Source: a virus | IMG/VR virus record: IMGVR_UViG_3300032293_001706 | Coordinates: 126,553 to 190,552 of that record | Reading direction: 5' to 3' (one strand) | DNA length: 64,000 nt | Part shown: one piece after another, positions 10,133-19,745 of the stretch | Numbering within the stretch: position 1 is the stretch's first letter | Layout: every line of letters begins with the position of its first letter | The notes under the pieces: generated by a model | Told to the model about the DNA's origin: nothing | The model's database searches: none | What the model saw: only the letters and a program-made list of their open reading frames with translations | Made by a program: the position numbers and the translations under genes

Positions 10133-11002
10133 ATGGGAAGCTTTACAGGGTTAACAGATTTTATAAACACAGTATCAACAAGTGGTAATGTAGAAACCGT
10201 GTTATATCAAAAAATGAATTTTTGGGTTAATACGGGAACTACGGGTATATCTCTTTCTGCTACATTAACAACTTCTTTATGGTGTTGGGATGGAATACCT
10301 GGTTCACCAGGATACCCACCAACAACTGCAGAAATCTGTACAAGAGATACGGCTGGAGCAATAAAACAAGAAAATCCAACATCAGGTAAAGAATTATATT
10401 TAACAAATTTTACTTGTTTTGGTACTTTTATTGGTGTAATGTCATTGTATGATAGATTATGTCACGTATCAGGTTTATCGGGGAATACAACTAATGTTCA
10501 AACAATAAATACGCCAGCATTAACGAGATATAGCGGAAACAGCTCAAGTGGTAATTCTATTTATATTGAGGTATATGAAACTATGTCAGGTAATTCATTT
10601 AATATTACATACACGAATCAAAACGGAGTAGGTTCTCGTGTTACGACAGTTCAAAATCCAAGAGCGGTCAATCAATTATATGGTAGAGGTATGACGATTT
10701 ATGTACCCTTAGCAAGTGGAGACACTGGAGTTAGAAGTGTTGAATCAATACAGGCGGTAAGTGCTAGTACATTACAAGGTAATTTTGGTATTACAATTGC
10801 AAGACCAATTGCAGTATCTGGAGTTGGAGTTGGTGCGGTGGTAAATGACCGAGATTGGATTACAGGACTACCAGGAATTCCAAAAATTGAGAACAACGCA
10901 TGTTTATCTATGTTATTTACGCCGTTTAATGCTCAACCTACCGTTGATAATTCTTCAACATTATGGTATCAATATGGTTTTTTAAGTTTAGTTCAGAGAT
11001 AA
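10133..11002 (+). CDS. Structural protein, paralogue 1 of tandem triplet
   Basis: LYDRLCHVSGL, YTNQNGV, LASGDTGVRSVESI, ACLSML shared with the next two ORFs. Confidence 0.55.
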   Translation: MGSFTGLTDFINTVSTSGNVETVLYQKMNFWVNTGTTGISLSATLTTSLWCWDGIPGSPGYPPTTAEICTRDTAGAIKQENPTSGKELYLTNFTCFGTFIGVMSLYDRLCHVSGLSGNTTNVQTINTPALTRYSGNSSSGNSIYIEVYETMSGNSFNITYTNQNGVGSRVTTVQNPRAVNQLYGRGMTIYVPLASGDTGVRSVESIQAVSASTLQGNFGITIARPIAVSGVGVGAVVNDRDWITGLPGIPKIENNACLSMLFTPFNAQPTVDNSSTLWYQYGFLSLVQR

Positions 11003-11006
11003 AAGA

Positions 11007-11897
11007 ATGGGAGTACTTACAGATTTATCGGACATCACAAGTAGAAGAACAGGATATCAATCAAGTAATCCTGAAAATATTTTTATTTATAAGACAAATA
11101 GTTTACCTTCAACAATAAGAAACACATTAGGTTTTAGAGTAGCATCATGGTATGATTTATGGTTTTATGATGGTCAACCAACTTCAGGTGAAGTACCAAC
11201 GTCGACTCCTACTTTATGTAATAATACAACAGAAGGCAGAATAGTAATTACAAATCCACCTGAAGGGCAACAAAAATGGTTACTTAATTTTAATTATACT
11301 TATCCAAACACTAATGGTATAACAATATTATATGATAGATTATGTCATGTTGGGGGGTTAACCGTTACATCAACAACAACTCAAAATATTAATACACCAA
11401 CTCTAAGCAGATATAGCGGAACATCATCAGTAGGGAATAGAGTTATTTTAGAAATATTAAGTGCAACAACAATATCTAACCCTCTAACGGTTGAAATAGA
11501 GTATACTAATCAAGACGGTGTTGCGAATAGAACATTAACTGCTCAAATATCAACAAATGGTAACTATTTAAGATACGTAACACAAACAAGTTTACCGCCT
11601 TTATCTAGTGGAGATACGGGTGTTAGAAGTGTTGAAACTTTTAGGGTTTTAAGTGGAACATTAGGTGGGGGTTCTGGAGTTGTTTTTGGGTTAGCTATTA
11701 TAAGACCTATAGAACAGTCACAAAGCATGTTGACATCAACAAATGGTTTTAGAGATACAATAATAGGTGTACCAAATGTAACTGAGGTATTATCAGGTGC
11801 TTGTTTATCTTTATTATTTTTAAATTATACCGATTTGACAACATCACTAAACAACTTAACAGGTTCATTCGGATATGTTGGTTTTGTAAATAAGTGA
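11007..11897 (+). CDS. Structural protein, paralogue 2 of tandem triplet
   Basis: LYDRLCHVGGL, YTNQDGV, LSSGDTGVRSVETF, ACLSLL. Confidence 0.55.
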   Translation: MGVLTDLSDITSRRTGYQSSNPENIFIYKTNSLPSTIRNTLGFRVASWYDLWFYDGQPTSGEVPTSTPTLCNNTTEGRIVITNPPEGQQKWLLNFNYTYPNTNGITILYDRLCHVGGLTVTSTTTQNINTPTLSRYSGTSSVGNRVILEILSATTISNPLTVEIEYTNQDGVANRTLTAQISTNGNYLRYVTQTSLPPLSSGDTGVRSVETFRVLSGTLGGGSGVVFGLAIIRPIEQSQSMLTSTNGFRDTIIGVPNVTEVLSGACLSLLFLNYTDLTTSLNNLTGSFGYVGFVNK

Positions 11898-11909
11898 ATA
11901 TTTATTAAT

Positions 11910-12761
11910 ATGGCATTTACATCATATACACAATATTATAACTCAATAATTAATCCTGTTAATAAATACTATTTTAGAGGGGGGGAAATTAATGGAGATA
12001 CTAGAGGGTTATTTAATGATTTTTTTAACCAAGTTTATCCCGTCGGTAACTCACCAAGTAGAACGTTAACACCAGCAACTACGTTAGATAAAAATTCTAT
12101 GGGAGCAATACCCATACCTCAACTATCTAACAGCTCTAATTATCTGTATATATGTGGTGCGGATTTAGGTGTAATATCTAATAATCCTGTTATTGTTTAT
12201 GATAGGTTGGTAATGTTTAGATATAATCCGACGACAAGTACCGCAACAACATTGAATGGATTAAGTGCAACAACAAGATATAGTACCGATAAGAGACTTT
12301 TATTTTTTGTTGAAAATAACGCAAGTAGTTTTACAGCCAGAAAAACATTTACTATTAATTATACAAATCAAGATGGGGTTGCAAATAGAATTGGGTCTGG
12401 ACAAATTGCAGACCTTAATGTGATTTCATTAGCGAATGTTAATTATGGGACATTCGCGAATTTACAATCAGGTGATACCGGAGTTCTAAGTGTTCAATCA
12501 ATAACAATAAATGGGGCGGCAGATTTACAATTATCTATTGTAAAACCTTTATGTGTAATAACCGGATATGGACCTCAAACCTCATCCCAATCATCAATAC
12601 CAAATTTAATCAATGGAGGATTAAACGGGGGTCTTCCTATTATTAATGAAAACGCTTGTTTGGCTATCATGAGACCCCAATCACCTGCGCCGATACGACT
12701 AGCGATATCATCAACTTACATTGGAAACTCAATGGGTAATTTAATAATTGCAGAAGCATGA
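11910..12761 (+). CDS. Structural protein, paralogue 3 of tandem triplet
   Basis: VYDRLV, YTNQDGV, LQSGDTGVLSVQSI, ACLAIM. Confidence 0.55.
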   Translation: MAFTSYTQYYNSIINPVNKYYFRGGEINGDTRGLFNDFFNQVYPVGNSPSRTLTPATTLDKNSMGAIPIPQLSNSSNYLYICGADLGVISNNPVIVYDRLVMFRYNPTTSTATTLNGLSATTRYSTDKRLLFFVENNASSFTARKTFTINYTNQDGVANRIGSGQIADLNVISLANVNYGTFANLQSGDTGVLSVQSITINGAADLQLSIVKPLCVITGYGPQTSSQSSIPNLINGGLNGGLPIINENACLAIMRPQSPAPIRLAISSTYIGNSMGNLIIAEA

Positions 12762-12955
12762 GACTAAATAGATTTTTTAACGATTCTGCAACCGTAGAAA
12801 TAAAGGCAATTCCAATTCAAGGTGTTACAACAGGAGGTAGTAAATTTTGGGTTAAAGTTAGTGGTGTTTGGAAACAAGCAATAACATGGGTTAATGTTAG
12901 TGGTGTTTGGAAAATTGCAACACCATTTTATAAAATAGGGGGTAATTGGAAATGA
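12758..12955 (+). CDS. Small fibre-tip-like protein
   Basis: Tandem WVKVSGVWK / WVNVSGVWK / YKIGGNWK motif typical of phage fibre termini; ATGA overlap with the upstream gene. Confidence 0.5.
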   Translation: MRLNRFFNDSATVEIKAIPIQGVTTGGSKFWVKVSGVWKQAITWVNVSGVWKIATPFYKIGGNWK

Positions 12956-13245
12956 TAATTCAATATTATATGACATATACAGGTGCGGTAGCGAAATACG
13001 CTGAAATTTACGCAACATATCAGTTTGATAACATCTTACCTCAAATATCAATTTCATTGTTTAATGAAGAGTATGTGTATTTGTATGACATTCCTTTGGT
13101 TGTAGATGAAAGTGTTATTTTAGAATGGAGAAGAATTGCGGAAAAAGAACCACAAAAGGCAGGTTTTTTAGATTTTACAATCATTGCTGAATGGGCGTGT
13201 AGTAAAAGTGGAATAATACCTTTAGACCCAAACACATTTAATTAA
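12946..13245 (+). CDS. Hypothetical protein
   Basis: ORF overlapping the upstream stop; converges on the glycosyltransferase gene. Confidence 0.4.
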   Translation: MEMIIQYYMTYTGAVAKYAEIYATYQFDNILPQISISLFNEEYVYLYDIPLVVDESVILEWRRIAEKEPQKAGFLDFTIIAEWACSKSGIIPLDPNTFN

Positions 13246-15526
13246 TCATATTACTAATTTTATCAAAAACGGCAATCGGGTTAATCGATTTCTGACAAAT
13301 GTGTTGTTTTTTTGTTCCTTTATATACAGGACACCAATCCCAATCTTTGGTTTCAAACACAAATTCTTCATCATTCCAACAAAATATACAAGTATTATTA
13401 TTGTATATTCTTGTAACGTTAGTTGTAAATTCGTGACCTTCTTTAGAAAAACCATTTATCATAAATGTGTGTTTTCCTAACGCCCAATTTAACCAAGATA
13501 AACCTGAACCCAACCCAACAAATGCTTCGGCATGGTGTAAATAATTTGCAACAGTTTGAAACGATTCTCCCCACACATTAATGGTATTGGGAATTTCAAA
13601 TTTATGTTTTGTTAATGTGACAACTTTATACCCCAACTCCATAATCATTTTTGATAATGAAACCCAATTTTCATAGGTCCATTCTTTACATCCCATAGTT
13701 GCATTTGGACCAAACACAACATATTTTTCAGAAATAGGTCTTTTAAGTTTGGGTAAATTAAGACCATAATTTAGTTCATAAAAATCCAAACCCAAAATGT
13801 CTGTCGCTGTTTGTTGTAAAGGAATAATATTTACTTGGTTTTTATTTCTATCGGTATCATTCCATTTACCGTCTTTCTTAAACCAACCTAAACGATATAC
13901 TGCTTTGCAATTAACGGTTGAGCCAGGTTCAACAAATTCAATATCTTTATATGAATCCAAACCCGAAAATAATTTATTGTGAAATGTGGACAAAATAACT
14001 TTACATTTATGTTTTTTGGAAAAATCTACAACATAAGGAACCCACGCAATTGTATCACCAATCGAACCAGATTCCATTGATATAAGAACCCTTTGATTTT
14101 CTAATGAAAAATTTTCAATAACTTGACCATTAATTTTTATTATCCAAGGAACGTAATATTTTAATCCACATGCTATCCACATATTGTTTTTAATAAACCC
14201 CGAATGACAAATTTTATTTGTTGAAGAATCAATAAATTCAACAAAATATTCTTCATTTTTTTCACCTAAAATTTCAACTTTTGGACCATCTAAATATGAA
14301 ATAAAAACATCGTTTTTCTTGTTATCAACCAACAAGGGTTTTCTTTTCATAAAATCATTTATGGTATCAACGGCAATTTCACCGACTTTCTCCCAACTGA
14401 AATTATCTCTAATTATTTTTGATTCTTTTAATGATTTTTGTTTATATTTTTTATGGTTTGTATAAACATCTCTTAATTTAAGTTTTAAATCGTTAAAGTC
14501 AGGTTCATAATAATTTCCAACAGAAGTGTTAAAATGGTTGTAATCAGAATCGCTAACAGGTTTTTCACCAATAATACTAACAGGAATACCAAGACCTTCC
14601 GCAAATTCCAACTGACCTGAACAATTCGAATAAATTGATGGAACACCACACGCCATTGCCTCCATCAACGGAATATTCCATCCTTCGGACCTGGCACAAG
14701 ATACAAACGCATCACAAGACTTTAAAATGTCGATATAATCATTCCTTGATGGAAAATGTAAAACCTTAATTCGTTTGTCAGTCAAACCATAACGTTTTAA
14801 TCTTTCCTCTGTTGTTTTTAATCCGTCATTTGAAAAAGGGTTATCAACAGAAATAATTAAATCAACAGGTTCGTCCTTATCAAAAGTTTCTATAAAAGAT
14901 TTGATAATTTCTTTGGTTGATTTTCTATAATCCCAACGGCCTGCAAGAAAGAATTTAAACCTACCATCAGAAGTTAATTTATGTTTCACTTGTGGATTTG
15001 GGAAAAACTCATGACCAACACCTTCAGGAACAACTTTAATTTTATCTGAAGGGTATCCTTGTTTAATCGTTACATCTTTTTGCCATTTTGACGGAACCCA
15101 TAATTCATCAAATTCAAGTAACTTATTAAAAAAATCTTGAGGTTGTAATGTAGATTCCCAAACATTATATGCAATTTTTGGACCAACGTAATTATCATAA
15201 AATACGTAATGATTGGTTTCACATAACACAATATTTAAATCGTGAGAAGTATGGTCTTTACCATCAGGATATATCGGATAATCACTTCTTGAATTATTAG
15301 GTCCGAATAAAATCTGTTGATGTAAAATATCTTTATCAACATCATTTAAGTATGGTTCACCATTATGAGGTGTCGAATTATAACCCTTCCAAGAATTACC
15401 AATTGTAAAGTTCCTAAATTTTACATCAAAGTGTTTGTATAATTCTCTAAAAAAATGTCTTGTGTGATAGTTATATCCTGTAGTTCCAATGTATGAACCA
15501 TGACCAAAAATTTTAACTCTATTCAT
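13238..15526 (-). CDS. Two-domain glycosyltransferase: GT4 (GT-B) plus TibC/Aah-like autotransporter heptosyltransferase domain
   Basis: GT4 motifs GRWDYRKS and EGWNIPLMEAMACG; second half SGSIGDTIAW, AFVGLGSGLSWL, and a 4-Cys iron-finger-like CIFCWN...WCP...ICQ. Confidence 0.75.
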   Translation of the reverse strand: MNRVKIFGHGSYIGTTGYNYHTRHFFRELYKHFDVKFRNFTIGNSWKGYNSTPHNGEPYLNDVDKDILHQQILFGPNNSRSDYPIYPDGKDHTSHDLNIVLCETNHYVFYDNYVGPKIAYNVWESTLQPQDFFNKLLEFDELWVPSKWQKDVTIKQGYPSDKIKVVPEGVGHEFFPNPQVKHKLTSDGRFKFFLAGRWDYRKSTKEIIKSFIETFDKDEPVDLIISVDNPFSNDGLKTTEERLKRYGLTDKRIKVLHFPSRNDYIDILKSCDAFVSCARSEGWNIPLMEAMACGVPSIYSNCSGQLEFAEGLGIPVSIIGEKPVSDSDYNHFNTSVGNYYEPDFNDLKLKLRDVYTNHKKYKQKSLKESKIIRDNFSWEKVGEIAVDTINDFMKRKPLLVDNKKNDVFISYLDGPKVEILGEKNEEYFVEFIDSSTNKICHSGFIKNNMWIACGLKYYVPWIIKINGQVIENFSLENQRVLISMESGSIGDTIAWVPYVVDFSKKHKCKVILSTFHNKLFSGLDSYKDIEFVEPGSTVNCKAVYRLGWFKKDGKWNDTDRNKNQVNIIPLQQTATDILGLDFYELNYGLNLPKLKRPISEKYVVFGPNATMGCKEWTYENWVSLSKMIMELGYKVVTLTKHKFEIPNTINVWGESFQTVANYLHHAEAFVGLGSGLSWLNWALGKHTFMINGFSKEGHEFTTNVTRIYNNNTCIFCWNDEEFVFETKDWDWCPVYKGTKKQHICQKSINPIAVFDKISNMIN

Positions 15527-15562
15527 GTTTAGAATTATAAAATTTATTTTAATTTTATAAAG

Positions 15563-16411
15563 ATGATTAAATTTGAATTACACAACCAACAAAATCCTGA
15601 ATTATTTACTTTTAAAGTAGAATTGGATGAAAAATTAAATACAATAATAAAAGAACCTTTAATTGTTAAATTTTCCACAATATCTAATGATGGAGGGTGG
15701 GAAATAAAATTGAACCCAGGTAATTGGGCAAGTTGGAATGGTGGAGGTTGTAGTAGATGGAATATAATTGTTATGGATAGTAACCGTAATATTTTATTCA
15801 CCAGAGAATATAATTCACTTTATGATGGTAGTGATTTAGATAAAGTTTTTAGTTTATATTGTAAATTAAATAAAAACACAAAAGGAATTGTTGTTGGCGC
15901 TCATAATGGAGAATGGGGACATTGGACACAACCCGTATTAGATAAAGATACAGAATGTCTTATTATTGAAGGTTCTAAACCGCAATTCGATAAGTTAGTG
16001 AAAAACTATGAAAAATATCATAATTGTACATTGATAAATGAAATTGTAACAATAGACGGTAGTGATGTTGAATGGTATACAGGTGGAGAAGGATATACTG
16101 ATTCAATAATAAAACAGGTTAACCAAAGGTTTCTTAAAGAAGAAGAAATAAAAACAGAGTTAAGAAAAAGTGTTTCAATTAATGATTTAATTGAAAAACA
16201 TGGATATCAAGATTATGATTGGTTACATACTGATATCGAGGGATATGATGCTGAATTCATAATGGGGTTAAAATATTTACCTAAATTCATCATTTTTGAA
16301 AATGAACATTCTAAATTCATTAATACGTATAGTAAAGTATATGAATATCTATCTGATTTGAAATATGAAATCATTGAATATGGTATTGATACATTGGCGG
16401 TAAAAAGATGA
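15563..16411 (+). CDS. FkbM-family SAM-dependent methyltransferase
   Basis: IVVGAHNGE, IIEG, LHTDIEGYDAEFI, IIFENEH motifs. Confidence 0.7.
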   Translation: MIKFELHNQQNPELFTFKVELDEKLNTIIKEPLIVKFSTISNDGGWEIKLNPGNWASWNGGGCSRWNIIVMDSNRNILFTREYNSLYDGSDLDKVFSLYCKLNKNTKGIVVGAHNGEWGHWTQPVLDKDTECLIIEGSKPQFDKLVKNYEKYHNCTLINEIVTIDGSDVEWYTGGEGYTDSIIKQVNQRFLKEEEIKTELRKSVSINDLIEKHGYQDYDWLHTDIEGYDAEFIMGLKYLPKFIIFENEHSKFINTYSKVYEYLSDLKYEIIEYGIDTLAVKR

Positions 16412-17403
16412 AACCTGTAGTAATAATTGATGCTTTTATAGAAAATAAAAAACAAGAAAATCTACTTGATAATTTTTTAAATTCTATATGTGGAATATAT
16501 GATATATTCTTAATAAGTAATACGAAAATAAGTCAAGATATTTTGGATAAAGTTAATTACTTTTTTTATGATAAAAAAAATAATTTATTCAAAAATGAGT
16601 ATGATAATTATGAAGGTTTTTATATGTGGTATACATTAGACAGGTTCAAAATTTTCACACATGCAGAACACAAACAAAAACACGGGTTGTCGGTTTTGAT
16701 AAATCTGTTTAGGTCTTTAGAATTTGCAAAAGAGTTAGAATATACTCATTTTATTAGATTGGAAGGAGATGCAATTTTAGGGGAAAAAACAATCCAAGAG
16801 TTTAAGAATTTCTTTAATGAACTAAAAGTTAACAATAAGAAGTTGAAATTTTATCTGAATGAAAATACTAATTCACATTCATTTCAATTTTTTGGTGGTG
16901 AAATAAACACTTTCTTGAAAAATTTTACAAAGATAAAGAAAGAAGAAGATTATCTTTACTTTATTAATCAAAATTATGGTAATAATGATTTTATTACTGT
17001 CGAAAAACTAATGTTTGATTCTATCAAAAAAATACCAAATGATGACGTTATAATAGAAGATGATTTAATTTTAGTTCTGACTGATACCGTTTGGAATCAG
17101 TCAACATCTAACGCTCATTTAGATGAACATATGAAAAAATGTCAAACTGATTTATATAAAGTAAAAAATGACAATAGACTTATACTGTATAGTAGAAGTA
17201 ATTCAGATGGAAGAATGAGTAGAAAAGTAGTTTTAAAAACTAAAAATTCTGAAATTATTTTTGATTATCAAATTAATAATTTAGGTGATTGGTTTATTAA
17301 TTATATCGATGAAGAAATAACGCATATGATTTTATACGATAATAATCATATTGTTTATGAAAAAGAAATTCGAGAAATAAAAAATTACATTGAACTTTTG
17401 TAA
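16408..17403 (+). CDS. Hypothetical, possibly glycosyltransferase-like protein
   Basis: FIRLEGD (DxD-like) motif; lies in the glycan island. Confidence 0.4.
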   Translation: MKPVVIIDAFIENKKQENLLDNFLNSICGIYDIFLISNTKISQDILDKVNYFFYDKKNNLFKNEYDNYEGFYMWYTLDRFKIFTHAEHKQKHGLSVLINLFRSLEFAKELEYTHFIRLEGDAILGEKTIQEFKNFFNELKVNNKKLKFYLNENTNSHSFQFFGGEINTFLKNFTKIKKEEDYLYFINQNYGNNDFITVEKLMFDSIKKIPNDDVIIEDDLILVLTDTVWNQSTSNAHLDEHMKKCQTDLYKVKNDNRLILYSRSNSDGRMSRKVVLKTKNSEIIFDYQINNLGDWFINYIDEEITHMILYDNNHIVYEKEIREIKNYIELL

Positions 17404-17412
17404 AAACAAGAA

Positions 17413-17583
17413 TTATTTTTTCTTGTTATTAATTTTATAATACGTCTTCATTAGTTTGAGACTATCCTTATAGTTTTTTTCGAGTCGTTCTAATTCTTTT
17501 TCATTAACCATATTTTCACATGCGCGGTTGTACGCCTCTTCCGACTCCTTAATTAATTTTTCGATTGTTTTTAATAGTTTCAT
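17413..17583 (-). CDS. 56-aa hypothetical protein (below ORF-track cutoff)
   Basis: MKLLKTIEKLIKESEEAYNRAC...INNKKK, translated by hand; TATTTAT motif on the minus strand at 17589-17595. Confidence 0.55.
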   Translation of the reverse strand: MKLLKTIEKLIKESEEAYNRACENMVNEKELERLEKNYKDSLKLMKTYYKINNKKK

Positions 17584-17662
17584 CAATGATAAATATTATC
17601 TACTTAAATAAAAAAAAGATTTCTTCACTTAATAAGTGTAAAACTTATAATTTATAAAAAAA

Positions 17663-18937
17663 ATGTTAATAATGAGAAAGATAAGAAATTCAAAAATTTT
17701 TGTTCAAATTGCATCATATAGAGACCCACAATTAATACCAACAATTAAAAATATGTTGGAAAACGCAAAAAGACCTGATAAGTTAGTTATTGGTATTGCA
17801 AGACAATTTAGTGAAGAAGACGGGTTTGATGATTTGTCCGAATATTTTTCAGATAAAAGATTTAAAATATTAAACATACCATATACCGAATCTAAAGGAG
17901 TTTGTTGGGCGAGACATTTAACCCAACAATTATATAATGGTGAAGAATATACATTACAAATAGATTCACATATGAGATTCGCACCAAATTGGGACGAAGA
18001 AATGATATCAATGATAAAACAATTACAAAAGAAAGGACATAAAAAACCATTATTGACAGGTTATGTATCATCATTTGACCCTGATAACGACCCAAATGGT
18101 CGGACTAATGAACCTTGGAGAATGGCATTTGATAGGTTCATTCCTGAAGGTGCGGTTTTCTTTCTTCCTGAAGTAATACCAAATTGGAGAGAATTAAAAG
18201 AACCTGTTCCGGCAAGATTTTATTCCGCCCATTATTGTTTTACTTTAGGTGATTTCGCCAACGAAGTACAACATAATCATGAATATTATTTTCATGGTGA
18301 AGAAATATCGATATCCGCAAGAGCATATACTTGGGGTTATGATTTATTTCACCCACATAAAGTATTAATTTGGCACGAATATACAAGAAAGGGTAGAACC
18401 AAACATTGGGATGATAATAAGCGTTGGGGTACAATGAACAACCAATCACATCTTTTAAATAGAAAATTATTTGGTATGGATGGTCTTAAACAAGAAGGAC
18501 ATGATGGACCTTTTGGTTTCGGACCAGTCAGAACGCTAAGGGATTATGAAAAATATTCAGGATTATTATTTGAAAAAAGAGCAGTTCAACAATACACCTT
18601 GGATAAAAAATATCCACCAAATCCTGTTAATTATGAAACAGAAGAAGAATGGTTAAATAGTTTTGCAACCATATTTAAACATTGTATTGACATTCACTTT
18701 TCAAGTGTACCTGAAAATGATTATGATTTTTGGGTTGTTGCATTTCACAATGAAAGTGATGAAACAATCTTTAGAAAAGATGCCGATAAGAATGAAATTA
18801 ATAATATGAGAAATGACCCTGATGGGTATTGTAAAATTTGGAGAGAATTTCAAACAATACATAAACCAAAATATTGGGTGGTTTGGCCACACTCAGAATC
18901 TAAAGGTTGGTGTGAAAGACTAACAGGTAATTTATGA
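17663..18937 (+). CDS. GT60/Skp1 GlcNAc-transferase-like polypeptide glycosyltransferase
   Basis: IFVQIASYRDP, GVCWAR, YTLQIDSHMRF..NWD, FHGEE, WGYDLFHP, IWHEY match the 'GlcNAc' (PF11397-like) family. Confidence 0.75.
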   Translation: MLIMRKIRNSKIFVQIASYRDPQLIPTIKNMLENAKRPDKLVIGIARQFSEEDGFDDLSEYFSDKRFKILNIPYTESKGVCWARHLTQQLYNGEEYTLQIDSHMRFAPNWDEEMISMIKQLQKKGHKKPLLTGYVSSFDPDNDPNGRTNEPWRMAFDRFIPEGAVFFLPEVIPNWRELKEPVPARFYSAHYCFTLGDFANEVQHNHEYYFHGEEISISARAYTWGYDLFHPHKVLIWHEYTRKGRTKHWDDNKRWGTMNNQSHLLNRKLFGMDGLKQEGHDGPFGFGPVRTLRDYEKYSGLLFEKRAVQQYTLDKKYPPNPVNYETEEEWLNSFATIFKHCIDIHFSSVPENDYDFWVVAFHNESDETIFRKDADKNEINNMRNDPDGYCKIWREFQTIHKPKYWVVWPHSESKGWCERLTGNL

Positions 18938-19740
18938 ATAAAGTAGTTATAACTTTAAGTACTGTACCCGAAAGATTAAACCATCAAGTAACAGACGGTT
19001 TTAACGAGGTAATTAAATCACTTTGTGAACAAAACCATAAAAATTATGAAGTTCATATAAATTTACCTTTAATTTATAAAGTAACGGGTGAAGAATATAT
19101 AATTCCAAAATGGTTGGATGAATATTTAAACGAATATCAGCATCTAAAAATTTTTAGAACTGAAGATATTGGACCCGTGACAAAAGTAATTCCGACAATT
19201 AAACGTGAAAGTAAAGATACATTATTAATTGTGGTTGACGATGATTTAATATATCATCCTGACATGATTAATGAGCATCTTAAATGGCAGAAAGAATTAA
19301 AAGGTAATGTAATTCTATATGACGGTAGAAATTTGGTTGAACCAAAATATGGTGATTTACGAGATTTTTGGGTGTTAACTGTTAAAGAAGTTTTAAGAGT
19401 AAAAAATTTACAACATTATAAATCAGTATCTTATTTTGTTAATTACTTCGAAGAAGATTTTTTTGAAAAATTTGTAGGTAAAACAATGTCGGACGATGTA
19501 TTAATGTCCTATTATTTTAAATATAAAAAGATAAAGATGTTTGTCGTACCCTTTAAAGAAGATATTGGTAATATCCAATCATTTGATGAGTGGTATGCAT
19601 ATCATGGTGTTTGTACATTTCCTGTTTTACGACACGCAAATAGTCCTGATAATACGGGGGCAAATCATCCAAATATGTTTGAACCTAAGTTTTTTCTTCC
19701 TGAAGAATTTAAATATATTGATAATTTATCTTTGGATTAA
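18934..19740 (+). CDS. GT-A fold glycosyltransferase
   Basis: VITLSTVPERL, DIGPVTK, IVVDDDLIY, SDDVLMS motifs. Confidence 0.7.
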   Translation: MNKVVITLSTVPERLNHQVTDGFNEVIKSLCEQNHKNYEVHINLPLIYKVTGEEYIIPKWLDEYLNEYQHLKIFRTEDIGPVTKVIPTIKRESKDTLLIVVDDDLIYHPDMINEHLKWQKELKGNVILYDGRNLVEPKYGDLRDFWVLTVKEVLRVKNLQHYKSVSYFVNYFEEDFFEKFVGKTMSDDVLMSYYFKYKKIKMFVVPFKEDIGNIQSFDEWYAYHGVCTFPVLRHANSPDNTGANHPNMFEPKFFLPEEFKYIDNLSLD

Positions 19741-19745
19741 ATAAT

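Noticed and set aside
13246-13982. Short overlapping ORFs inside the glycosyltransferase and other long genes (throughout the track)
   Set aside because: Fully nested in better-supported CDSs, with no motifs.
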